A stretch of 64,000 bases of DNA, taken from the NCBI GenBank assembly GCA_039818205.1, contig JBCBUK010000008.1:32001-96000 (forward strand), read 5' to 3'. The notes beneath the pieces were generated by a model. It saw only the letters and a list, made by a program, of their open reading frames with translations, was not told the origin of the DNA and searched no databases. Of this stretch, positions 18,363-28,100 are shown in pieces; the first letter of the stretch is position 1, and every line of letters starts with the position of its first letter. The position numbers were made by a program, and so were the translations under genes. Source of the stretch: Verrucomicrobiota bacterium (GTDB lineage Bacteria; Verrucomicrobiota; Verrucomicrobiia; Opitutales; Cerasicoccaceae).

Positions 18363-19058
18363 CTAGAACAGTGCTCGCTCTCCGTAAAAGGCGCTTCCGA
18401 GTCGAACCACGGTGCTCCCCTCAACAATAGCCGATTCAAGATCCCCGGACATCCCCATCGATAGTTCGGGTAGCGCAGTCTGAAAGCGCTCCTGCAATCG
18501 ATCACGGGTTGTGCGGAGTCGTTCGAAGCAGCGCCGAGCAATGGTTGGATCATCGCTGAGTGGCGCAATCGTCATCAGGCCTTCGAGACGAATGTTGGTG
18601 AGATTGAGCGCTAGCTCAACAAGCGGATCGGCCGCCTCGCAGGTGGCACCGAATTTGGCTGGGTCTTCCCCCGCGTTGATCTGCAAGAGAATCCGCATGG
18701 TTTTGCTCTGCTGTTCGGCTGCTGCGTTGAGCCGGCGGATCAGCTTTTCGCTATCAACGGATTGAATCCGGCAAAAGTGTTTAACGGCATCCTTAGCCTT
18801 ATTTGATTGCAGATGGCCGATGAGCTCCCAATCGCACGGAACGGATTGGGGCATCTTGTCGATTGCTTCCTGCACACGGTTTTCTCCAACGGATCGGTAG
18901 CCAGCTTTTACGGCATATTCAATCGCGTCCGCCGGGTGAGTTTTCGTGACGGGCATCACCGTTACCATAGACCGATCGCGCCCTGCTTTCTCGCAAGCCA
19001 AGGCGACTCGGGCCTGAATCGATTCATGATTCTTAATAAAATCTTCGAATGAATTCAC
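18363..19058 (-). CDS. yggS: PLP homeostasis protein (YggS family)
   Basis: PVTKTHP, GENRVQEA, IGHLQSNK, GLMTI, LSMGMSGD, VRLGSAFYG. Confidence 0.95.
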   Translation of the reverse strand: MNSFEDFIKNHESIQARVALACEKAGRDRSMVTVMPVTKTHPADAIEYAVKAGYRSVGENRVQEAIDKMPQSVPCDWELIGHLQSNKAKDAVKHFCRIQSVDSEKLIRRLNAAAEQQSKTMRILLQINAGEDPAKFGATCEAADPLVELALNLTNIRLEGLMTIAPLSDDPTIARRCFERLRTTRDRLQERFQTALPELSMGMSGDLESAIVEGSTVVRLGSAFYGERALF

Positions 19059-19127
19059 GGTATAAAGATAAGTTTGTCTAACTTTTGCATTGAAAAAGCA
19101 TAAGATTCAATGATATAAGCTTAGATT

Positions 19128-20024
19128 ATGCACATTGAAAACCTTAAAATTTTTTCCGATCTCGTTGAAAGTCAAAGCTTTTCAAAAGCAGCAAAACTGA
19201 ACGGAATCACCCAGTCTGCGGTGAGCCAACAGCTGCGCGCGATGGAGAAGCATTTCAATGCGCTGATTGTTGACCGTAGCCAAAAGCAGTTTCACCTGAC
19301 ACGCGAGGGGCAAAAGCTGTACGAATCGTCGAAAGAGTTGCTCCACCTTTATGAGAAGCTCATGAGCGAGCTTCAAGAGATGAAGAAGGTTATTAGTGGT
19401 ACGATTCATATCTCGACAATTTACTCGATTGGTCTGCATGAGCTTCCGCCCTACGTGAAAGAATTTTTGCAGGAGTTTCCAGATGTCAACGTAAGGGTGG
19501 AGTATCGCCGCGCAAATCTGGTTTATGAAGATATTTTGCACAACGCCGTCGACTTTGGATTGGTAGCCTATCCGAGCAAGATGCGCCAATTGGAGGTTAT
19601 CCCGTTCCAAGAGGACCAGTTGGTCGTGATCGTATCGCCGGGCCATCCATTGGCGGGTAAAAAAACGATTGATCTCAAAGAGCTGGAAGAGCACAAGTTC
19701 ATTGGCTTTGATCAAGATATTCCGACCCGTAAGGCCACTGATCAGATCTTCCGGGAGCTAAAACTGGACATCGATCCGGTTATGGAGTTCGACAATATTG
19801 AGACTGTAAAACGTGCGGTTGAGATCAACGCGGGAACCGCCATCGTTCCATCGACGACCGTGATTGAGGAAGTCAAAAAAGGCCTCCTCGCCTCCCTGCA
19901 GATTCGTGGTAAGAAGATTTCGCGTCCGTTGGCGATCGTCCACCGCAAAGGTCGTGTATTGACGCCCGCGATGAAGAAGTTCGTCAAGCTCCTGACAACT
20001 CGGGACCTGATCCACAAGGACTAA
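19128..20024 (+). CDS. LysR family transcriptional regulator
   Basis: HTH SFSKAAKLNGITQSAVSQQLRAME plus a LysR substrate-binding domain. Confidence 0.93.
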   Translation: MHIENLKIFSDLVESQSFSKAAKLNGITQSAVSQQLRAMEKHFNALIVDRSQKQFHLTREGQKLYESSKELLHLYEKLMSELQEMKKVISGTIHISTIYSIGLHELPPYVKEFLQEFPDVNVRVEYRRANLVYEDILHNAVDFGLVAYPSKMRQLEVIPFQEDQLVVIVSPGHPLAGKKTIDLKELEEHKFIGFDQDIPTRKATDQIFRELKLDIDPVMEFDNIETVKRAVEINAGTAIVPSTTVIEEVKKGLLASLQIRGKKISRPLAIVHRKGRVLTPAMKKFVKLLTTRDLIHKD

Positions 20025-20062
20025 TCGGGTGAGCTTGTCCGGGCGCTTTCCAGGCTCTCGTT

Positions 20063-20872
20063 CTAATCGATGACTCGCTCTTCAACAACGGTGTTGGAGA
20101 GCTTCCCAATTTTTTCGATTTCCACGGTGACCTCGTCTCCGGGCTTGAGCCACACGTATGGGTCGCGGGCCATGCCGACGCCGGGAGGAGTCCCAGTAAG
20201 GATCACGGTTCCCGCTGGTAAGGTCGTACTTGCGCTGAGGAACTCAATCAACTCGGCGACATTAAAAATCATGTTGTTGGTATTCGATTCCTGAAGTTGT
20301 TTACCATTGACCGTGGTTGTTAGCTCGAGGGCCCCCGGGTTGGCGATTTCATCAGCGGTTACAAGGACGGGACCTAACGGACAAAAGGTGTCGAAGGTTT
20401 TACCGCGGCTCCATTGTCCGCCCCCTCCGTGCTTCTGCCAATCACGAGCGCTTACATCGTTGGAACAGGTGTATCCGAGGACATAATCGAGTGCAAAGTC
20501 GCGTTTGACATTTTTGGCATCGCGACCGATGACGACGGCCAGCTCGCCTTCATAGTCAACTTTGTCGCTGTTCAGACGTCGCGGTAGTTCGATCGGTTGA
20601 CCGTGGGCGGTAACCGAGTTTATACCCTTCATGAAGAGGACAGGATGCTCAGGAGGTTGCTCACCTGTCTCTTTGATATGCTCTTGGTAGTTAAGGCCGA
20701 TGCAAAGAATGCCGGTGGGCTCAACGGGAGCCATCAGCTCGCCAGTGATAATTTCGTCGGTTGGTTGGGGTGAGCCGTAAATATCTCCAGTGATGGCGTG
20801 GTATTCACCAGGCTCAACTTCGACGCCCCAAACGGGATCATTGGACTCATTGCGCAAGCGAACGATTCTCAT
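20063..20872 (-). CDS. fumarylacetoacetate hydrolase family protein
   Basis: CIGLNYQEH, DYEGELAVVIG, NDVSARDWQ, GKTFDTFCPLGP, ILTGTPPGVG. Confidence 0.93.
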   Translation of the reverse strand: MRIVRLRNESNDPVWGVEVEPGEYHAITGDIYGSPQPTDEIITGELMAPVEPTGILCIGLNYQEHIKETGEQPPEHPVLFMKGINSVTAHGQPIELPRRLNSDKVDYEGELAVVIGRDAKNVKRDFALDYVLGYTCSNDVSARDWQKHGGGGQWSRGKTFDTFCPLGPVLVTADEIANPGALELTTTVNGKQLQESNTNNMIFNVAELIEFLSASTTLPAGTVILTGTPPGVGMARDPYVWLKPGDEVTVEIEKIGKLSNTVVEERVID

Positions 20873-20940
20873 ATCGTTCGAAGGTATATGGAGTATGCGT
20901 ATTAACGCAACTCCACATGACCTGATAATGCCTTATTCGC

Positions 20941-21351
20941 CTAGCTGGCCAGTGCTTGCTTAACGGCTGCCTTCATGTCGGCTACCGAGTCCTTAAGCGT
21001 AAGCACCTTGGTAACCTTGCCGGTTGAGGCGTCAACGATCAGCACCTTTCCGGTTCCATTGTATTGCCCGACAGCTTCGCGGATCTCCAGCGCGTCCGCC
21101 AAAAGAGACGACTGTTGAATTGTGCCGTCATTGGTGAAGTCTAGCTCAACAAAGAGCACTGGCTCCGACTGCAGCTGCGACACGAGGTCCGAAAGTGGCT
21201 GTTTGAGTGCTTGGCAGGATCCACACCAGTCCGCGTGGACTTTTACGATGTAAACCTCTGGGCTTTGGGACTTAGCCAGATCGACCTTGCCAGCGAACAG
21301 TTGGCCCGTGAGGGCAGCGACGAAAACAACAAAGATAGAAAAGGTTTTCAT
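20941..21351 (-). CDS. exported thioredoxin-fold protein
   Basis: Signal peptide and HADWCGSC motif. Confidence 0.8.
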   Translation of the reverse strand: MKTFSIFVVFVAALTGQLFAGKVDLAKSQSPEVYIVKVHADWCGSCQALKQPLSDLVSQLQSEPVLFVELDFTNDGTIQQSSLLADALEIREAVGQYNGTGKVLIVDASTGKVTKVLTLKDSVADMKAAVKQALAS

Positions 21352-21392
21352 GTGGATTGGGTCGTCGAATCTTCCCAGCCCTTACAAAAAAA

Positions 21393-21986
21393 CTATTTCC
21401 CAATGAAGTGAGCCCACTCTGGTTCTGGCTCCTGCTCCTCAACAAGGCTAACAAATGGGCGCCACTTGGGACGCGCTGGTTTCTTCATCAAGCGCATTCC
21501 CGCTTGGTGCGGCATGCGATTCGCCTTCTGCGTATTGCAGCGAATACAGGAGGTCACGATATTCTCCCAGGTGGTGCGCCCGCCCTGATCGCGCGGGATT
21601 ACGTGATCTAGGTTCAATTCGCGTTCGTGATAACCGTGTCCGCAATACTGGCAGGTATGATCGTCGCGTTCGAAGACGTTTCTTCGATTAAATTTAACTT
21701 CCTTGCTGGGCACGCGGTCGTAGGCGCGGAGAAGCAGGACCGACGGAATGCGGATGCGCATCTTGACGGTATGTATGGTGTCATAATCCGACTCTGGAGG
21801 ATTGGTGAGAGAATAGTCTAACCACTGGGTGGCATCCAGCATCTGGAAATTGCCACTGGCAAAATCGAGCGCTTGCGCGTGATCTTGCATGAGGAGGGAA
21901 AAGGCACGGCGGACCCCGACTATGTTGACGGGCTGCCACAACCGGTTTAATACCAACACACGTTTCGACGGGAAGCTCTCAGACAT
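21393..21986 (-). CDS. HNH endonuclease (McrA-like)
   Basis: VLVLN, RD..TCQYCG, LNLDHVIPR..GG, WENIVTSC..CN..K; ATG at 21986. Confidence 0.9.
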   Translation of the reverse strand: MSESFPSKRVLVLNRLWQPVNIVGVRRAFSLLMQDHAQALDFASGNFQMLDATQWLDYSLTNPPESDYDTIHTVKMRIRIPSVLLLRAYDRVPSKEVKFNRRNVFERDDHTCQYCGHGYHERELNLDHVIPRDQGGRTTWENIVTSCIRCNTQKANRMPHQAGMRLMKKPARPKWRPFVSLVEEQEPEPEWAHFIGK

Positions 21987-21999
21987 TGCTACGCATGAG

Positions 22000-22019
22000 T
22001 TATTCACAACGGTGAATAA
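22000..22019. promoter_or_regulatory. inverted pair of DnaA-box-like 9-mers upstream of the HNH gene
   Basis: TTATTCACA (22000-22008) and reverse TTATTCACC (22011-22019). Confidence 0.5.
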
Positions 22020-22094
22020 GTCAAAGAGAAAGTCGCTCAGAGTGCATAAAATCGGCGTTTTTGCCCGTCTGGAACAGAAACTCTGAGTCCTCAA

Positions 22095-24446
22095 TTAGTG
22101 GTTGGTGAACCACCAAAGGAGAGCACAGATAATTATAGTCATCATGATCAACCACTTCCAGAATCGTCGCCTTTTGGTCCGCTTGTCTTCGGTCAGATAA
22201 CTGTAGTGGATTTTCCGGGCGTGCTTGTCGAAGTGCCCCACGTGAGTCAGGTCATGCGCCAGTTTGATATTCAAGCGCATTTGGCCGTTGATGGCCCACC
22301 CGGAGGCCTCGAGAATCATCCCAACGTCCCGGCGTCGGAGTTTGATAAACCCGATGAGCATCGAGGGGCCGATTACAAATAGCAGAACCAGCAAGGCCGT
22401 GTAGACAAAATAGATGTCGGGCAGGCTCCTTACCTGCTGGGCGATGTAAGCAAATGAGGAGGACAAAGCAGCGATTGCCACCCCACCCCCGGCAAGCATA
22501 CCGCCAAGCCCGATGCCCGCGTTGGATTTGCTGGCGGACTGGGACGAGAGGGATTCGGCCGGATTTCCGCTGACGTTCTTATCCAGTTTCGTGAGGCTAC
22601 CGGTAATCTGCTGTTCGAGGGCCTTCTGACGGGAAGAGGTAATCTTTTCGATTTGCCCGGTGATCAGCTCTCCGATGGCTTTGAATGGCGCCCAGGCAGC
22701 CTCGCTTAGGCTAATTGGGTTTACTACGACCTTGGCGACGCGTGCATCCCAGTCGAGTCCCTTGCGGTCGTAGAACACACCGTTTTTCCCGACGGACAAG
22801 CGCCCGGCGCTTCGGCTGGTAACGGCAGCACAGACCGTTATGGGTTTCGGTTTGTCGGAGCGCTTCGCTTCCAGATAAATTAGATAGATCCCGGACTTCT
22901 GTGCGATCGCGGAGTGGGCGTTGAGGTCTAGGACCTCGACACACATCCGGAGGGCGCAGCCGTCGATGATCAGAACTCCAGTTTGGAAAATGCCATCTTT
23001 GCGGGTGTCGTAAAACTCGGATAGGCTGATGGTATTGTTGACCAATCGGAACAAGTCGCGATGGAGGCGTAGGAGTTTCTCGACTTCCTCGATCGCTTTG
23101 ATTTCACCGGCCAATGCGGAGTCGAGCTGGATCAATGCGTGGATGGCTTCCTTTTCGGGTCCTCGTAGAATCGCCGCGATGCGCTCGGCGCCTAGGCTTT
23201 CGACTTCGGCGCCCTTCTTCGAACCAATCCAGGCCTCGTAGGCTTTGAAGAATTCTTTTACCCGGCTCCAGTCGCTTTCAGTAAGGAACTCTTTTTCCTC
23301 TCCGAGAACCGGGCGAAGCACCTGGGTTTCGAAAATCTTCACCGCGCTCAGATACACTGGATTAACGCCTTCTTCGAGCGGGAGATCGACTCCAACTGCC
23401 ACCCGTGCCAAGGGGAGCCCACTCATGACTTCCTGAATGGTTTTCTCATCGCGTTTACCCGCTTCGAGCAAATCACTCTCCCGGAAATTAAAGAAGCTGA
23501 CCGCAGCTGAATCGAAGACCGCTATTTTGCGTTGGACGAAAAACTCATCTATTTTTGACCGGAGCGCATTGAGTGCTCCGAAGGCAGCGGCGGTTTCGAC
23601 GCCCAGGGGAAATATGTCCTTGTTAAGATGAGACACCTTTGGCTCATTAACGACAACTGGACCCGCGCTTTCCACATCCGCTTCAGCTTTGACGTGTTCC
23701 TCAACGGCGTCTTCCAGCGAAATACTGGTATCCTCTTCAACAACTAGCGGTTCATCGACGGCCTGGATCTCTTGATTCTCGGGATAGCCTTCTGACCACC
23801 AGTTCAAGTAATCGTTTGCTGCGGTGTAAAACGCGTTCACTTTGTCGGCCGTTACCCCGGGTTTTCCGCTGAGGTCCGTCTCAGCCCCCATCGCGTTGAT
23901 GATGTCGCGAATCACTGCCTTGGTTTCGTCAGACTCGGCGGCTTCCTCCGGGATAATACCATCGCCATTGCTTTTGACTTTGGCGAAGATCCCCGTCCGA
24001 TCCATGGCATCCGCCAGGGTTATCCGCGAGTCGTTGGGACGCCCGAGGTTTTCGAGAATCCGGAGTGCGGATTGCTTGATGCGTTGTCCGGTCGCGCCGT
24101 TGTCATCGATTTGGTTTAGCTCAAGCCAGTCGCGTCCATCGACTATGCTCTCGTAATCAGCCAGCGCCTCAAAGAGCCAGCTGATGGCTCTCTTTAGCTC
24201 GGGTGGTCGAATCCGTCCATCTTGATCGGAGTCAATGAGACCCAAGGTTTTCTCATCGATGTCTAGCCCGCGAACTGGACAACTAGATGCAACCCAGAGG
24301 GTCTCGTCGAGATGATCGATTAGTCTCAAATCGTCCGCGGAATCAATACACATTTGGTTAAAGCCACCCGCTTTAAAAAAACGAGTCCGAGGAAGTGGTT
24401 TTGAATCCGCATTCGCACCTTTTGCCTGGGTCTTTTTATGCTTCAC
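22095..24446 (-). CDS. conserved hypothetical membrane protein with an N-terminal EF-hand-like motif
   Basis: DSDQDGRIRPPE loop, long helical region, and three C-terminal hydrophobic segments. Confidence 0.7.
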   Translation of the reverse strand: MKHKKTQAKGANADSKPLPRTRFFKAGGFNQMCIDSADDLRLIDHLDETLWVASSCPVRGLDIDEKTLGLIDSDQDGRIRPPELKRAISWLFEALADYESIVDGRDWLELNQIDDNGATGQRIKQSALRILENLGRPNDSRITLADAMDRTGIFAKVKSNGDGIIPEEAAESDETKAVIRDIINAMGAETDLSGKPGVTADKVNAFYTAANDYLNWWSEGYPENQEIQAVDEPLVVEEDTSISLEDAVEEHVKAEADVESAGPVVVNEPKVSHLNKDIFPLGVETAAAFGALNALRSKIDEFFVQRKIAVFDSAAVSFFNFRESDLLEAGKRDEKTIQEVMSGLPLARVAVGVDLPLEEGVNPVYLSAVKIFETQVLRPVLGEEKEFLTESDWSRVKEFFKAYEAWIGSKKGAEVESLGAERIAAILRGPEKEAIHALIQLDSALAGEIKAIEEVEKLLRLHRDLFRLVNNTISLSEFYDTRKDGIFQTGVLIIDGCALRMCVEVLDLNAHSAIAQKSGIYLIYLEAKRSDKPKPITVCAAVTSRSAGRLSVGKNGVFYDRKGLDWDARVAKVVVNPISLSEAAWAPFKAIGELITGQIEKITSSRQKALEQQITGSLTKLDKNVSGNPAESLSSQSASKSNAGIGLGGMLAGGGVAIAALSSSFAYIAQQVRSLPDIYFVYTALLVLLFVIGPSMLIGFIKLRRRDVGMILEASGWAINGQMRLNIKLAHDLTHVGHFDKHARKIHYSYLTEDKRTKRRRFWKWLIMMTIIICALLWWFTNH

Positions 24447-24547
24447 GATGCCTAGGGTGTCATAAGGGCAAATTTTAACAAGTTTTTATACAACAATCGC
24501 TTAGCGATGATTGACAGAGAATTGCTTGTCTGAGAATACTTTCTACT

Positions 24548-25108
24548 GTGAAGAGAAACCGCCAGCAGACGGAAAAGCGAATTCTTACCGCCGCCATCTC
24601 CCTGATTTCTGAGGTTGGATTTCATACTTTCGGAGTCAATGCCGTCGCCGCCCGAGCGGGTGTTGATAAGGTTCTTATCTACCGTTATTTTTCGGGACTT
24701 GATGGATTGCTGGATTTTATCGGAAAAACGGAGGTTTTGTTCCCATCGGCGGCAACGGTTGCGAACTCCGACATCTGCCAATTTTTCAAAGATTACTGTG
24801 CGGCGGTTAGTAATAATCCGTTGACGCTACAGTTACATCACTGGGAGCGGGTCATTGAAAATCCGCTTACGCTTGCCTATCGAAAGCAACACGAAGTTTT
24901 CTGGGTTGATGTTACCGGGCTACTGCGTCCTCAAAATGAGGAGGCTCGAGCGATCTTAGATGCTTTGGCGGTCACCCGCGTGAATGGGATTTCATCTGAA
25001 AAGTATGCTCCGTTGGTCAAGCATACGCAGTTTGTGTCAGTCAGCCCGATGTCCGCTGCACCCGAGGTATTTGAATCAGAAGAGCGGCTTGCGGATAATC
25101 TACTCTAG
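24548..25108 (+). CDS. TetR/AcrR family transcriptional regulator
   Basis: RILTAA...GVNAVAARAGVDKVLIYRYF HTH. Confidence 0.88.
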   Translation: MKRNRQQTEKRILTAAISLISEVGFHTFGVNAVAARAGVDKVLIYRYFSGLDGLLDFIGKTEVLFPSAATVANSDICQFFKDYCAAVSNNPLTLQLHHWERVIENPLTLAYRKQHEVFWVDVTGLLRPQNEEARAILDALAVTRVNGISSEKYAPLVKHTQFVSVSPMSAAPEVFESEERLADNLL

Positions 25109-25182
25109 ACGGCCCTAGACTAGATAATTTTTGATTCGGTGGCTTGCGCTAATGACTGCTTTAGCGGATTCTATTCGCTTCC

Positions 25183-28100
25183 ATGTCGCATAGTGATCCA
25201 CAGACCATTCGCCTGCGTGGAGCCAGGCAAAACAATCTCAAAGATATCGATCTCGATCTTCCGCTCGGCAAGCTCATCGTTGTGACGGGGCTAAGCGGTG
25301 CGGGGAAAAGCTCCTTGGTATTTGATACCATTCATGCCGAGGGGCAGAGACGTTACGTCGAAACGTTTTCACCCTACACGCGACAATTTTTGGAGATGTT
25401 GGACCGGCCCAAGGTGGATTCGATCGAGAACATCCGACCGTCAATTGCGATTCGGCAGAGCAATTCGGTAAAGACCTCTCGCTCGACGGTTGGGACGATG
25501 ACCGAGCTGTGCGATTATTTCAAAATTTGGTTCAATCACGTTTGTCAGCTGGTAGACCCGGCAACTGGCGAGATTATCGAAGATGACAATCCTCAAACGA
25601 TTTGGCGTAAGGCTCTTAAGTCACGAAAGGATGAAGATGTCCTAGTGGCGTTCGAGGTCACACGTCCCGGAAAGCTGTCCTGGAAACAGATTTTGGACTC
25701 CTTGTCGGGCCAGGGGTTTACTCGGATCATCGTGGAAGGTGGATTGCAGCGCGTCTCGGAAATTGACACCGAAACTTTGCCCGACAAAGCATCGGTCTTT
25801 GTCGTGGTTGATAAGGTCAAAATGTCCTCTCGTTCGAGAACCCGTTTCATTGATGCTGCGACGACTGCCCTCCACTATGGGCAAGGAAAGCTTCGTGTCT
25901 TTAGCGTCGACGGAAAACAACTGCTAAGCTCCGAACCTTTTTCTGAAGGCCTGCATTCACCAGCTTCAGGTCGAGTATTTGCTCCATCGACGCCGAATCT
26001 GTTTTCATTCAACTCGCCGCTTGGCGCCTGCCCAAAGTGTCGCGGCTTTGGACGGGTAATTGAAATTGATGACCGCCTGGTGATTCCCGATGCATCGCTT
26101 TCCATCAAGGATGGTGCGATAAAGGCCTTCACCGGGAGCGTATATAGTCAGAGCCTGGAGGATTTGAAACGAGCGGCTAAGCGGTTTAGCATTCCAGTTG
26201 ATGTGCCTTGGCGCGAGCTTGGAGAATCGGACCGCGAGTTTGTATTTGAAGGCGAGCCGGACTACGTAGAAAGCGAAGATGAATACCCGTCTGGCTGGTA
26301 CGGCATTCGGCGCTTTTTCCGCTGGCTTGAGAACAATACCTACAAGATGCACGTCCGGGTATTTCTATCGCGCTTTCGTGCCTACACTGAGTGCCCCGAA
26401 TGTCACGGTTCGCGGCTGAAGCCGGATGCTCTCAACTGGCGTTGGCAGGGCCATACCTTACCCGATCTATACCGTTTGCCTATTGGTGAGCTCCATCAAT
26501 TAATTGCTGGCTCAGGCAAGTCGAAGGAATTGGAAGACAAACCCGCTCAGCTTGCGCTTGAAAACATCAAGACACGGCTAAGTTATCTGAACCAAGTTGG
26601 CCTAGAGTATCTGACCTTGAATCGGACTAGCCGGACCTTGTCTGGCGGTGAAGCACAGCGCGTAAATCTCACCTCATGCCTGGGGGCTTCGTTGGTCGAC
26701 ACGCTGTTCATTTTGGACGAGCCGAGTATCGGTTTGCATGCTCGAGACATTGATCGATTGGTTAACATTTTGCGGGGTCTTACGGATCAGGGGAACACCG
26801 TGGTTGTCGTGGAGCATGACGAGTCGGTCATGCGCGCGGCTGACTGGCTGATAGAAGTGGGCCCGGAGCCAGGGAACCGAGGCGGAAATATTGTTTTCTC
26901 GGGTCCAGCACACGACATCGCTGCGGAGCGCGAAAGCATTACCGGGCGCTACCTAACCGGCGATGAGACGATTGCGATTCCTCGAAAGCGGCGGTTGACA
27001 ACGGAGGACTCGGTCGGGTGGCTTACAATCGAAGGTGCTTCCAAGCACAATTTGGATGGCCTCGATGTTCGGATGCCATTGAGCCGCTTAGTCTGTTTGA
27101 CCGGTGTCTCGGGTTCCGGGAAGTCGACGCTCCTGAACAACGTTGTTTATCAGGGAATCTTGTCGACCCGGGGAAAGGCCGTTGAAGAGCCCGCGACAAT
27201 TCTTGCGCTTGAGGGGTACGAAGATATTGGGGAAATTGTGCTCGTTGACCAATCTGCGGTTAGCAAGACGCCTCGCTCGAATCCCGCGCTATTTGCTGAT
27301 GTTTGGGACCCCATACGCAACTTATTCGCAAGCACCGATGAGGCAAAACAGGCGGGCATGACGGCTTCTCATTTTTCGTTCAATGCGGGACAAGGCCGTT
27401 GTGAGCATTGTCAGGGGCTCGGCTACGAAAAGGTTGAGATGCAGTTTTTGTCCGATGTCTATGTGCCCTGCCCGGTTTGTGATGCAAAGCGTTTCAAGCC
27501 GGAGATCTTGGCGATTCAATGGAGTGGAAAGTCCGTTGACGAGGTCTTAGGTATGACCGTGGCTGAGGCTTGCGGTTTTTTCTCGAAACAACGGAAAATC
27601 GTCGGGCCGCTCGAAGCGCTAGATTCGGTTGGTCTTGGGTATTTGCCGCTTGGTCAACCATTGAACACCCTTTCCGGTGGTGAGTCGCAGCGCTTGAAGT
27701 TGGTGAAGTTCCTGAGCGGTTTCGATTCCGCGGAGACGGAACCGGCTTTGCTTCTGCTCGACGAACCCACCACTGGCTTACACCGGGATGATGTGAAACG
27801 CTTGATCGGCGTACTGCAACGCTTGGTCGACATCGGCCACAGCCTGGTGGTGATTGAGCACCAGCTTGATGTGATTCTCTGTGCTGATTGGCTAATTGAA
27901 ATGGGGCCCGGGGCCGGTGTTAAAGGCGGTAAAGTGGTCTTTAGTGGTGCTCCCGAGGCGGCAGCAAAGCGAAAAACAGAAACGGCTCCCTATCTAAAGG
28001 AGGCTTTTCACTTTGCGAAACAAAGCACTCGAAAGAAACGCCAAGCGCCCGCTCTCTTGCCCAAGCTTGAAGCAGCTGAAAAAGTGGTTCCGTTCCGCTC

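Noticed and set aside
21393..21986. HNH gene as a homing endonuclease, Cas9/IscB or defence system
   Set aside because: It is a small stand-alone McrA-like type with no RuvC motifs, intron, repeat array or methyltransferase next to it.
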